Source of the DNA: Mobula birostris
Taxonomy: Eukaryota
Reading direction: 5' to 3'
Assembly: GCF_030028105.1 (NCBI RefSeq)
Contig: NC_092374.1
Coordinates: forward strand, 90,238,491-90,302,490
Length of the DNA: 64,000 bases
Of this stretch, positions 1-12,448 are shown piece by piece (the first letter of the stretch is position 1; each line of letters opens with the position of its first letter). The notes under the pieces were generated by a model. The model was not told where the DNA came from and did no database searches. It worked only from the letters and a program-made list of their open reading frames with translations. The position numbers were made by a program, and so were the translations under genes.

Positions 1-219
1 CAGGCATTTGTTCCTCCAGCCGGGGAAGGCATCACACGGACTAACTCTCTCTCTCTCTGAATTAGAGAGGCGGGACAGGAGGGAGGCCTCTCGAAACGGT
101 GCCGAGGTTTCTGCACCGGAGAGAGTATTCTGGAGGGCGTGTTAGGAGGGGTTGGCTGATGAGAGGAGGGTTGAGGAATGGGGATAGAGGAGGTACATGA
201 TGAAAGTGAGTCTACTCAC

Positions 220-262
220 CCACTATCAACTGTACCAACACAAGACAGAGCGAAACGTCCAT
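220..262 (-). CDS. Gene C leader exon MDVSLCLVLVQLIV (rest of gene lies left of the window)
   Basis: gcgccATGG, 43 nt, phase-1 donor G|GTGAGT; paralog of the gene A leader. Confidence 0.78.
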
Positions 263-990
263 GGCGCCTCACCCACCAAAACTTCCTCTCTGGACCTGAT
301 CGCGTCCGGAGTTAACTCTGACTATGACTCACGACTGCCCTGTCACTGAATCAATGCTTCTGCTTTCTTCAGTCCCCCGACTCCGCCTCCAGCTCTTGGG
401 TTCCATCACCCCTCGGGACATTTCCCTTGCTCCTGCCCCACCCGCCGCTCTCTACACTTGGGTCGGCTTGTGCGGCCAAAGTGGGGAGTGAGGTGAATCC
501 TCCTGTACTGAGGTTGAGTTCGGGATGCGAGAGTCAGTGAAGCGGGAAAGCAGCACCACAAACGAGTGAGGCGCAGGTTGGAGCAGGAGGCGGGAGTTCT
601 GATAAATGTTGTGTCTCCACGCGTATTGCATAGTTCAGAAGTTCTGAAGCCCGAAAGAGACACTTTTTGCAAATTATTGGGAGGAAATTGATTAGTTAGT
701 TAGTTGATTGACAGCAGCCAGAAACAGAAGTTAGGAGCCTGCAAACAGCCATTGATTCTTGCCAAACAATCGCTTAACATTAGAATATAAATGTAGAGGT
801 GCCTTTGCGTGACAGGGAGATAAAATCCAGAATTAAAAAGTCTATTTATCACCGTGGCAACTAAATTGGGAAAAAGAAAACGAAGGATGGCATTTATATA
901 AAAATCGGAGGATGGCGGGAACTTAAATAGGAGATCGGTATAAAATGACCTAAGAAGTTATACTGACACGTTTATGTATTGGACATACTC
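263..990 (-). promoter_or_regulatory. Conserved 5'UTR/promoter block of the A/B/C family, copy 1
   Basis: Non-repeat sequence directly upstream of the leader, retained with high similarity at 16356-16990 and 35195-35900. Confidence 0.55.
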
Positions 991-999
991 TTAAATAGT

Positions 1000-1240
1000 T
1001 TCTTTATTGAGTTACAGCCTGGAATGCACCATTCCAGTCCTTCGAGACGCGCCACTCAACAGCCCCTGATTGAATCCTAGACGAATCACGGGACAATCCA
1101 GCAACCCGTACATCTTCGAACTGTGGGAACACCCAGAGGGAACCCTTCTGGGTCACGGGGGTGAACGTCGAAGCTAAATACGGACATCGACGTCAGCATC
1201 ATGCGTGCTAATTCTGTTCAGAAACCATAATGGGAATCAT
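1000..1240 (-). mobile_element. V-SINE/HE1-like SINE
   Basis: Reverse complement carries the V-domain-like cccccgtgacccagaagggtt...cccacagttcgaagatgtac; paralogous copy at 35905-36150. Confidence 0.55.
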
Positions 1241-1249
1241 AGGCCTCCA

Positions 1250-3935
1250 AGTGCTGTCCAAGATGAACCTGAGGTGAGGCACACCACTGGTCATCAACTT
1301 CCGTGCAGTATATGACCCGTCTACAGCTACTCTTTGCCTTCTGTGGGCAAGCCAATTCTGGATCCACAAAGCAAGGACCCTTGGATCCCATGCCGACTTA
1401 CTTTCTCAATAAGCCTTGCATGGAGTACCTTATCAAATGCCTTGCTGAAATCTACATATATTACATCTACAGCTCTACCTCCATCAATATATCTAGTCAC
1501 ATCCTCAAAAAATTCAATCAGGCTCGTAAGGCACGACCCACCTTTGACAAAGCCATGCTGTCTATTCCTAATCACATTATGCCTCTCCAAATGTTCATAA
1601 ATCCTGTCTTTCAGGATCTTCTCCATCAACTCACCAACCACTGAAGTAAGACTCTCTGGTCTATAATTTCGTAGGCTATCTCCACTCCCTTTCTTGAATA
1701 AAATAACAACATCTGCAACCCTCCAATCATCCAGAACTTCTCCTGTCCCCATTGATGATGCAAAGATAATTGCCAGAGGCTCAGCAATCTCCTCCCTCAC
1801 CTTCTACAGTAGCCTGGGGTACATCTCGTCTGGTCCCAGTGACTTATCCAACTAGGTACTTTCCAAAAGCTCCAGCACATCCTTTTTCTTAATGTCTATA
1901 TGTTCAAGCTTTTTAGTTCACTATAAGTCATCCCTACAATTGCCAAGGTCGTTTTCTGTAGTGAATACTGAAGCAAAGTATTTATTAAGTACCTCTGCTA
2001 TCTCCTCTGGTTCCATAAACACTTTTCCACTGTTACACTTGATTGGTCCTATTCTCTCACATCTTATCCTCTTGCTCTTCACAAACTGTACTTGTAGAAT
2101 GCCTTGGGTTTTTCCTTAATCCTGCTTGCCAAAGCCTTCTCATGGCCCCTTCTGGTCCTCCCAATTTCATTCTTAAGCTCCTTCCTGCTAGCCTTATAAT
2201 TTTCTAGATCTCTATCATTACCTAGTTTTTTAAACCTTTCGAAAGCTTTTCTTTTCTTCTTGACTAGATTGTCTATAGCCTTTGTACACCATGGTTCCTA
2301 TACCCTACTACAATCATTTCCCTGTCTCACTGGAATGTACCTATGCAGAATGCCACACACATATCCCTGAACATTACCACATTTCTGCCATACATTTCCC
2401 TGAGAACATCTGCTCCCCATTTATGCTTCCAAGTTCCTGCCTGATAGCTTCATAGTTCCCCTTACTCCAATTAAATGCTTTCCTGACTTGTCTGTTCCTA
2501 TCCCTCTCCAATGCTATGGTAAATGAGATAGAATTGTGATCATTATCTCCAAAATGCTCTCCCACTGAGAGATCTGACACCTGACCAGGTTCATTTCCCA
2601 ATACCAAATCAAGTATAGCCTCTCCTCTTGTAGGCTTATCTACATATTGTGTCAGAAAACCTTCCTGAATACACCTGACAAACTCCACCCCATCTAAACC
2701 CCTTGCTCTAGGGAGATGCCAGTCAATATTGGGGAAATTAAAATCTCCCATCATGACAACTCTGTTATTATTGCACCATTCCAGAATCTGTCTCCCTATC
2801 TATTCCTCAATATCCCTGTTACTATTGGGTGGTCTATAAAAGGCACCCAGTAGAGTTATTGACCACTTCCTGTTTCTAACTTCCACCCACAGACACTCAG
2901 TAGACAAACCCTCCATGACTTCCTCCTTTTCTGCAGCCGTGACACTATCTCTGATCAGCAGCGCCACGCCCCATCCCTTTTGCCTCCCTCCCTGATCTTT
3001 CTGAAACATCTAAAGCCTGGCACACTAAGTAACCATTCCTGCCCCTGAGCCATCCAAGTCTCTGTAATGGTCACAACGTCATAGCTCCAAGTACTGAGCT
3101 CATCTGCTTTGTTCATAATGCTCCTTGCATTAAAATAGACTCATCTCAAACCATCGGTCTGAGTGTATCCCTTCTCTATCACCTGCCTATCCTCCCTTTC
3201 GCATTGTCTCCAAGCTTTCTCTATTTGTGAGCCAACCGCCCCTTCCTCCGCCTCTTCAGTTTGGTTCCCACCCCCCAGAAATTCTAGTTTAAACTCTCCC
3301 CAATAGCCTTAGCAATCCTCTCCACCAGGATATTGGTTCCTCTTGGATTCAAGTGCAACCCGTCCTTTTTGTACAGGTTATGCCTGCCCCAGCAGAGGTC
3401 CCAATGATCCAGAAATCTGAATCCCTGCCCCCTGCTCCAATCAGTCAGCCACACATTTATCCTCCACCCCACTCTATTCCTATACTCACTGTCGCGTGGC
3501 ACAGGCAGTAATCCCAAGATTACTACCCTTGTGGTCCGCTTCTCAGCTTCTTTCCTAACTCCTTCTCTTTTCGTACTAATATGTTCACCTTCCCACTTCA
3601 GGATATCATGGACGCGATCAGAAGTGTCCCAGACCCTGGCACCTGGGAGGCAAACTACTATCCAAGTTTGTTTCCTATGTCCCCAGAATCGCCTGTCTGA
3701 CCCCCTAACTATAGAGATCCCCAATCACTGCTTCCACCCTCATCCTTTCCCTACAGTTCTGAGCCAAAGGACCAGACTCTGTGCCAGAGGCATGACCACT
3801 GTTGCTTCCCCCGGGAAGGTCACTCCCTCCCCCCAACAGTACTCAAACAGGAGTACTTAGTGCTAAGGGGGACAGCCACAGGGGTACTCTCTGGTAGCTG
3901 ACTCACCCTTCCCTCTTCTGACTGTTACCCAGTTA
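1250..3935 (-). mobile_element. CR1 LINE, degenerate (ORF1 esterase, APE, 5' part of RT)
   Basis: ORF fragments 3284-3724 (SGNH-like), 2374-3009 (GDFNFP endonuclease) and 1327-1800 (NYRP..SLTS, QHGF, DFSKAFD). Confidence 0.88.
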
Positions 3936-3989
3936 TCTGTCTCCCCAGGCCCCAGAGTGACTACCTGCCTCTCGTTCCTCTCTATCACC

Positions 3990-5390
3990 TCCTCATGTTA
4001 AGAAGGGAGGAAGACAGAAAGAAAGGAAGTGATACACCAGCTAGCCTAACTTCAGTGTTTGGGAAAGTGCTGGAGTCTATTAATAAGGACGAGGTTTCAG
4101 GGTACTTGGAGACTAATGATAAAATAAGTCAAAGTCAGTATGGTTTCTGCAAAGGGAAATCTTACTAGACAAATCAGTTAAATTTTTTTGAGGAAGTAAC
4201 AAGCAGGGTGGATAAAGGAGAGGCAGTGGATTTCATTTACTAAAATTTTCTGAAAGCATTTGCTACAGTGTCTCAAATGAGGCTGGTTAGCAAGATAAAC
4301 TATGGTGTTACAGGAAATATATTGGCTGGATAGAGGAATAGCTGACAGGCAGGAGGCAGCGAGTGGGAATAAAGGGGCCTTTTCTAGTTGGCTGCCAGTG
4401 ACTAGTGGTGTTCCTCAGGGGTCAGTATTGACACCGCTACTTTTCACCTTGTTTGTCAATGATTTAGATAGTAAATTGACGCCTTTCTGGAAAAGTTTGT
4501 GGATGATACAAAGATAGTTGGAGGGGTAGGTAGTGCTGAGGAAGCAATGCAATTGCAGCAGGACTTAGACCAATTGGAAGAATGGGCAAAAATGTTGCCG
4601 ACGGAATACAGTGTTGGGAATAATAGTGTTGTGATAATGCATTTTGGTAAAAGGAACAAAAGTGTAGACTATTATCTAAATGGGGAGAAAATTCAAACAT
4701 CAGAGGTGCAAGGCAACTTGGAAGCCTTCGTGCAAGACTCCCAGAAGGTTAATTCACAGGCTGAGTCAGCGGTAAAGAAGACAAATGCAACTTCGGCATT
4801 CATTTCAAAGGAATAGAATATAAAGACAAGGAAATAATGCTGAGCTTTTATAAGACACTGGTCAGGCCACAATTGGAGTATTGTCTACAGCTTTGGGCCC
4901 CTTATCTTAGAAAGGATGTATTGTCACAGGAGAGAGTACAGAAGTGGCTCAAGAGGATCATTTGGGGAATGAAGGGGTTAAGATCTGAGGAGGGTTTGGT
5001 AGCTTTAGGCTTGTATTCACTGGTATTTGGAAGAATGCATGGGGATCTCAATGTTGCTTAAGGTGAATGTGCAGAGGATGTTCTCTCTGGTGGGGCTACC
5101 CAGAGCTAGTGGGCACAGCTTAAAATTGAGGGGTGACCTTTTATGACGGAAGTAAGGAGGAACTTTTTTTAGCCAAAGAGTGGTGAAACTGTGGAATGCT
5201 CTGCCACAGACTGTGGTAGAGGCCACGTCCATAAGTATATTTAAAGCAGAAGTTGATAGATTCCTGCTCTGTCAGGGCATTGAGAGATAAGGTGGAAGGG
5301 CAGGTGTATGGGGTTGAATGGGATCCGGGATCAGCCATGATGAAATGGTGGAGTGGACTTGATGAGCTGAATGGTCTTTTGATCTTGTGA
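3990..5390 (+). mobile_element. CR1 LINE 3' portion, degenerate
   Basis: [15 protein letters not shown] and RPQLEYC fragments; shared with units at 17040-17850 and 36150-38450. Confidence 0.85.
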
Positions 5391-5854
5391 TACTAGCATC
5401 TGTAGGAAATGTACTGATCAAGAACTTGTGCCACAAATATTGTTCGAATGTTGGGAAGAGGAGCAAAGGAACCATCTAATTGTTAAATTGTGATCTTTGG
5501 GATAGATGGAGTTTAACCTGGAAATTTTATTAGGGTATGACTCCAATTGTAATGTGTGCATAAATGTGTATTTGACTTTCTAAAAGGCATTAGACTTTTT
5601 GATACTATTTGAGTTTTTGGGAGGGGGCATGGTTATACTTCCCGGCTCCTGCTTTACACGCCCATTCAGCAGGTGGCGATAATACACCCTATGTTGGTCT
5701 GCCAATCGCCATCAAATTTTACAGGATGAAGAAAAAGACCGGCCATTGTGGAGTGTGGAAGACACAACCAGCACGCTGGAAGTTCAAGAGTGTCGGGGGC
5801 AGAGGTTGGTGGAGTTGCCGTCACTAGGGAGAAGGCTATTGGGAAACTGACAGT

Positions 5855-7400
5855 TCTGAAATGAGACAAGTCACCTGGACCAGGTGATCTTCACACCAGG
5901 GTTCTGAAAGAGGTGGCTGAAAAGATTGTTGAGGCATTAGCAATGATCTTTCAATAATCAATGGATTCTGGCCAGGTTCTGGTAGACTGGAACATTGCAA
6001 ATATCACTCCATTCTTCAAGGAGGAAAGTGAAAAGAAAAGAAATTATAGGTTAGTTTGTCTGATTTTAGTGATTGGGAAGATGCTGAAATTAATTAGTAC
6101 AGATGTAGATTAAAGGCACTTGGAGGCACATGATAAAATATGCTAAAGTCAGCATTGCTTCGTTCAGGGGAAATCTTGTCTGTCAAATCTGTTAGAATTG
6201 TTTGAGAAAACAACAAGCAAAGTAAACAAAAGAGAATCAGTGGATGTCGCATACTTTGAGTGTCAGAAGGCCTTTGACAAGGTGCCACATGTGAGGCTGC
6301 TTAACAAGTTAAGAGACGATGGTAATACAGGAAAGATACTAGCATGCATTAAACATTGGCTGATGGGCAGAAGGCAAACATTGGGAATAAAAGGGGCCTT
6401 TCCTTGAGACTAGTGGTTTTCCATAGGGGTCTGTGTTGGGACCACTTCTTTTTACATTCATCATCAATGATTAGGATGAGTTTGTGGCTAAGTTTCCAGA
6501 CGGTATGAAGATAGGTGGAGGGGTTGGTGATTTTGATGAAGCAGAGATGCTAAGTCATTGTAGACAGACTAGGAAAATGGGCAAAGTAGTGGCAGATGGA
6601 ATAGGCCCAGAACTGTTCCTACTGACAAGAGAAGGGACAAAGGTGGCCTACTAGCACCTCAAAACCAGTTGCTTCGGGGAGGTGGGGCTCATCAGCCTTG
6701 GACAGCAGCCTGCCTATCAGAAGGAAAACTCTGATTTTAATCCTCTGCTGCCTTGCAGCCTTACCCACCCACGGGAAAGGCTTAAGGAGTAAACCTTGAG
6801 GAAGAAATCCAGAGCTGGGTTCCCTACAGCAGCTTGATGTTGTTTACAACTTCACTCTGGCAACCTCTGCAATGACACAGGTGCCAAGCTGTATCAGCAC
6901 TTGCCCTTCCCTTGGACTACATCAGTGACGTGGAGAGGGGAAGCCCGCTGCATGGGCAACAGCCGGCTCTTCAAATCTTCCCGCCCAGGCTTGTGCCCTG
7001 GAGAGGACACAGTCCACCAGAGGGGCAAACCCATGATCCCCTGGGATTGACGGCTGCCTACAATCTGCGATGAGAGATGCAAATGCGATGCTAGTATTCT
7101 TTAGAGAGGACTTGAACAGAAAAGGAAGGATGTAATGTTGAGGTTTTATAAAGCACTGGTGATGTTCCTGTGGTGAGGGAGTCAAAAAACTAAGGTACAT
7201 AGCCTCAGATTGGAGGGACATCCATTTAGAACAATGAAGATGAGCAAACATTTTTAGACAGAAGGTGTTGAATCTGTGGAAGATGTTGCACAGGCAGCTT
7301 TAAGACACAGGTTGCTAGATTTGTGGTTAGTCAGGGCATGAAGGGAATCGGGAAGAAGGCAGGATGTTGGGGCTGAGACTGAAATGGTTCAGCCATGATG
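5855..7400 (+). mobile_element. CR1 fragments interrupted by an RTE-like segment (about 6600-7070)
   Basis: FECQKAFDKVPH and 3' CR1 motifs; the internal segment is absent from the paralogous CR1s at 18300-19110 and 38900-39900. Confidence 0.7.
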
Positions 7401-8039
7401 CATTGGGGGGAGCTGACTCAATTCTGCTCTGATATCATACATGTAAGATCTCACCCAACACCACAGTGAGCTGTGGGCTGCATCACAGCAGAGTGCACCT
7501 GAGAAGCACAATATGCAAAATCTTCCTTCAGTCCTGCTCAGAGATAAAGTCAATGTCAAGGCCAAAGTCAGGTTTACTGTCAGACGAGCAACTTCACGTG
7601 TGCACAGATACAATGAGAAACTGACTCACAGCAGCATCACACACACTGTAGCATCAGATAAGCAGCATGCTCAAGCAAAACATTTATTATACACACATAA
7701 TATGCAATTCGTTAAAAAGTGAAGTCTATTTCAGTGCAAAGTCACAGTTGGCAAAATGTCGCTGAGCTCTGGTGATGAGGGTTGTGCCGCTTGGTTCAGG
7801 AAGTAGGTCTTCTTTAACTCAGTGATGTGGGATCTTACGCTTCTGTACGTCCTGTCTGTGAGCAGCTGGCATGCTCTGGGTGCTGGGAATATTCAATGAT
7901 GGATGTTGCCTTCTTGAAGTGGCCCCTCCTGTAGTCTTTACCGACGGTGGGGAGGGACGGGCCTGTGATGCACAGAATGACATCGCACGATAGACAGGTG
8001 GAACAGGGGAGGGAGGACAAGCTGGAAGGTGAAACTTGA

Positions 8040-10205
8040 AGTTAGGTGAGTAGAAAAGGGAAGGGGCTGGAGGAGAAGGAACCAGATAGGAGAGGAGAAT
8101 AGACCACGGGAGAAAGGGAACAAGGAGGGGCACAGGGGGAATTGATAGGCAGGTGAGTAGAAAGGAGTAGGAGGCCACAGTGGGGAATAGTAGAGGGGAA
8201 ACAGAGAGAAAAAAAATACCAAAATGAGAAATTCTTCTCCATGCCATCAGGTTAGAAGCTCCCTAGACTGTATAGGAGGTTTTGCTCCTCCATCCTAAAT
8301 GTGGCCTCATCATAGCGAATGTGGAGATAGTTGGAAGGGGAATGGGGTTAGGAATTAAAATGGTTAACCACAGGTGGAGTGGAGTTGCTGGTGAAAATGG
8401 TCTGCAAATTTAACCCCCGGTCTCACCACGATGTTGATGAGGTTGCATCGAATAGAAGAGCCCAGCAGATTTGCAGGTGAATTGTGGCCTCAACTGTAAG
8501 GACTATATGGATCCCTGACTTGAGGCTAGACAGGAAGTGAATTGACAGATGTGGCAATTCTTTCACTTGCACAACATGTGACAGGAGGGCAGGAGGCAGA
8601 TTAATAGGGAGGGATGAATAGACAGGAAGTCATGGAGGAAGCGAGCCCTGCGAAGAGTGGAGAGTGAGGGTGAGGAGATAAAAATGCGTATGGCAGCGGG
8701 ATCCTGTTGAAGATGGTGGAAGTCTGGAGAACTTTGTGTTGGATGTGGAGGCGAATGTGGTGATAAGTGAGGACATGTGGAACTCTATCTCTGTTAAGGC
8801 TGCTGGAAGATGGTGTAAGCACGGATATCCGGGAAATCGTGGAGATATGGGTGATGGCAATGTCAATGGTGGTGTAAGTGAAACTCAATTCAATTCAGTT
8901 CAGTTCAGAAAACTTTATTGTCATTCTAACCGTACATCAGCTCTGCAGGGCAGAATGAGACAGAGTTTCTCAGGAGCAGTGCAATCATAACGTAACAAAC
9001 ACAACACTAAATAATAAACATAGCAATAAATAGTAAAACACAACAGCCACATGTCAGTTAAAATCAGGTTTAAGTGTCCAGTGCAAGTTAAAAGTGTCCA
9101 AAGCAGAGTCAGGTGGAGCAGCTATTTAGCAGTCTGACTGCCTGTGGGACGAAGCTGTTTAGTAGCCTTGTGGTTTTAGTTTTGATGCTCCTGTATCGTT
9201 TGCCTGATGGCAGAAGAACAAACAGTTCATGGAGAGGGTGTGAGGGGTCTTTAATGACGTACAGGGTCTTTTGAAGACATTGACTCTGAAAGAGGTCTTG
9301 GACAGAAGGTAGGGAGACCCCAATAACCTTCTCTGCTCCCCTAACCACCCTCTGCAAGGCTTTTTTGTCACCAGCACTGCAGCTGGAGTACCAGGTTGTG
9401 ATGCAAAAGATCAGCACACTCTCGACCATGCCTCTGTAGAATGTAGTTAAGATGTTAGTGGGGAGTGATGCTTGTTTAAGCTTCCTCAGAAAGTGCAATC
9501 TCTGCTGGGCCCGTTTCACAATCCCAGTGGTGTTCCTGGACCAGGTGAGATTGTCCGAGATCTGCACCCCAAGGAACTTGATGTTTTCCACTCTCTCCAC
9601 TGTGGAGCCGCTGATGCTGAGGGCTGTGTGCTCAGGCTGAGACCGTCTGAAATCGACGATCATCTCCAGTTTGAGAGTGAAGACATCTCTGATGTCCTGG
9701 AAAGGAAAGCCTCATCCTGGGAACAGATGGGATGGACAAAGTGTAGACCGCACAGACGAAGGAACTGAGGAAGGGCAATAGCATTTTTACAGCAGACTGT
9801 GTGGGGAGAGGTGTAGTCAAGAGTATAAACTCCAAACTAACGGCGTGAACATCGATTTCTCCTTCCAGTATTTTTCCCTCTATTCCCTAATCTAGCCTGT
9901 AACCTCTTCGCCTCACCAACGCAAAAACCTCCCCCTGCTGCACTCATTCTTCCCTACCCCTCATGGCCCACACTCCTCTCCTATATCAGGATCCTTGTTC
10001 TCCAGCCCTATAGGTTTCACACCCTCCTGGCCTCAATATCACTTCTAACTAGTCCTCTTTCCCATCCCCCCCTTCTGGCACCATCTGCTTCATCCCCAGT
10101 CCAGAAGAAGGGTTTCAGCTTGGAATTGTAACCGTGTATTCATTTCAATTGATGCCGCTTGACCTGCAGGCTCCCACCAGCATTCTGTGCGTGTTCCTCT
10201 GGATT
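8040..10205. mobile_element. Penelope-like element fragments, split by a Rex1/Babar insertion
   Basis: NRDRVPHVLTYH peptide and gaagaagggtttcagc..gatgccgcttgacctgc terminal region match the PLE at 44644-46044. Confidence 0.7.
8880..9665 (-). mobile_element. Rex1/Babar-clade LINE 3' end
   Basis: ORF 9109-9663 (MIVDFRR, KFLGVQISDNLTW, AQQRLHFLR, DPSHP, LPSGKRYRS); short tandem tail at 8880-8910. Confidence 0.85.
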
Positions 10206-10538
10206 TCCCACGACTTTAAAACACCTTGCGTTTAAGGCATTGCACTATTAATATATTCATCAACAGAACTAAAGAGGAAATTTTCAAAATTGTTGCCAAC
10301 ATCACTGAACAATATTGGTCATCCAAGCTATGAAAATATCCCGCATATTTGGAAATTAGTTCCAGGGTTTTATTACACAGGTAACACTGAGGTGTTGCAC
10401 ATAAACCATAAATACCCAGAAGAGATAGGAACACTATGATGCTTAGATTGGCCCCTGTCCCTGCTGCTTTGAGTTCTGTCACTGTGACGTGATCTCACTT
10501 TGCATTGATGAGTGATCTTCTGTTTCACCCAGTGCTTC

Positions 10539-10591
10539 TCAGAGTTGGGTTTCCTGGAATGTCTCCTTCTTCAATCCCTGACTGTAGGCAT
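10539..10591 (-). CDS. Terminal cytoplasmic exon, copy 1 (DAYSQGLKKETFQETQL*), residual last exon of gene B
   Basis: Acceptor ccacctgcctgtttacag, 53 nt; differences from the other copies in the QETQL codons are synonymous. Confidence 0.65.
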
Positions 10592-10789
10592 CTGTAAACA
10601 GGCAGGTGGATTTTTCAGTGTGAACTGAACCAGCAGAAATGGTGCAACAGGTATTCAGGACATCTGCTTATCCAAGCAGGTGACAGCCAAAGAATAGTGT
10701 GCAAAAGTCTTAGATATATATATATATAGTGTAGCTAGGGAGACTATGATATTTGTGCAATACTGTATTTGTTAACCTGGAGTGAATAT

Positions 10790-12345
10790 AGAACCTAGAA
10801 AATTACAGCACAGTACAGGCCCTTTGACCCACAATGTTGTGCTGACCATGTAACCTACTCTAGAGACTGCTTAGAATTACCCTAGCGCATAGCCCTCTAT
10901 TTTTCTAAGCTCCATTCATCTACCTAAGAGGCTCTTAAAAGATCCTATTGTATCTGCTTCCACCACCACTGCCGGCAGTGCATTCCACGCACCCAGCACA
11001 CTCTGTGTGAAAGCCTTACCCCTGACATCCCTTTGGTACCTATTTCCAAGCACCTTAAAATTATGCCTCCCATGTTAGCCACTTCAGCACTGGAAAAAAG
11101 CCTCTGGCTACCCACACGATCAATGCCCCCCAACATCTTATACACCTCTATCAGGTCACCCCTCATCCTCCATTGCGCCGAGGAGAAAAGTCCAAGTACA
11201 CTCAACTTATTCCTATAAGGTACACCCTGCAATCCAGGCAACATTCTTGTAAATCTCCTCGGCACTGTTTATAGTATCCACATCCTTCCTGTTGTGAGGT
11301 AACCAGAACTGAACACAGTACTCCAAGTGGGGTCTGATCAAGGTCTTATATAGCTGTAACATTACCTCACGGCTCCTGAACTCAATTCCACAGTTGATGA
11401 AGGCCAACACATCATATACCTTCTTAGCAACACTGTCAACCTGCACAGCAGCTTTGTGTGTCCTATCAACGTGGACCCCAAGATCTCTCAGATCCTCCAC
11501 ACTGCCAAGAGTCTTATCATTCATATTATATTGTCTACAAATTGGATCTGCCGAAATGAAACACTTTACACTTATCTGGATTGAAGTCCATCTGCCACTA
11601 CCCAGTTCTGCATCCTTTCGATGTGCCACTGTAACCTCTGACAACCCTCCAACCTATCCCCAAACTTTGTGTCATTAGCAAACTTCCTACTAAACCACCT
11701 TTCCGCTTCTTCATCCAGGTCACTTATAAAAATCACAAAGAGGAGGGGTCCCAGAACAGATCCCTGCAGAACATCACTGGTCACCGACCTCCATGCACAA
11801 TATGAACCATCTACAACCACCCTTTGCTTTCTATGGGCAAGCCAATTCTGGATTCAGAAAGTAAGGTCTCCTTGGATCTCATGCCTCCTTACTTTCTAAT
11901 GGAGCCTTGCATGGGGAACCTTATCAAATACCTTACTGAAATCCATATACACTACATCCACTGCTCTACCTTCATCATTATGTTTTGTTACATCCTCAAA
12001 GAATTCAATCAGGCTCATAAGGCATGACCTGCCCTTGACAAAGACACACAGACAATCCTTAATCAGATTATGTCTCTCCAAATGTTCATACATACTGCTT
12101 CTCAGGATCTTCTCCAACAACTTGCCCACCACTGAAGTCAGACTCACTGGTCTATAATTTCTTGGGTTAGCTCTATTCCCTTTCTTGAACAAGGGAACAA
12201 CACTTGCAAACCTACAATCCTCCAGTACTCTCCCATCCATACTGATGACTCAAATATCATTGTTAGAGGGTCAACAATCACCTCCCTCATTTCCCACAAT
12301 AGCCCGGGATATAGCTCATCTGGTTCTGGTGACTTATCTAACTTA
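10790..12345 (-). mobile_element. CR1 LINE 3' portion
   Basis: RT fragments 11896-12240, 11572-11820, 11213-11644 and 10945-11265. Confidence 0.85.
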
Positions 12346-12448
12346 TCCTTTCTCTCTCCCTTCCCCTTTTCCCAACAATAATAACACTCTCCTTGCCCCC
12401 TTCTCACTCTCAGTCCATGTTAGAAACCCATAACAGAATCAAGCTTAT

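Noticed and set aside
10216-10482. 88-aa hydrophobic ORF (MTELKAAGTGANLS...) with partial equivalents at 20525-20731 and about 41840-42050
   Set aside because: The frame is broken by different poly-T lengths in the other two copies; it lies just after the ETQL stop and is better explained as 3'UTR or flank.
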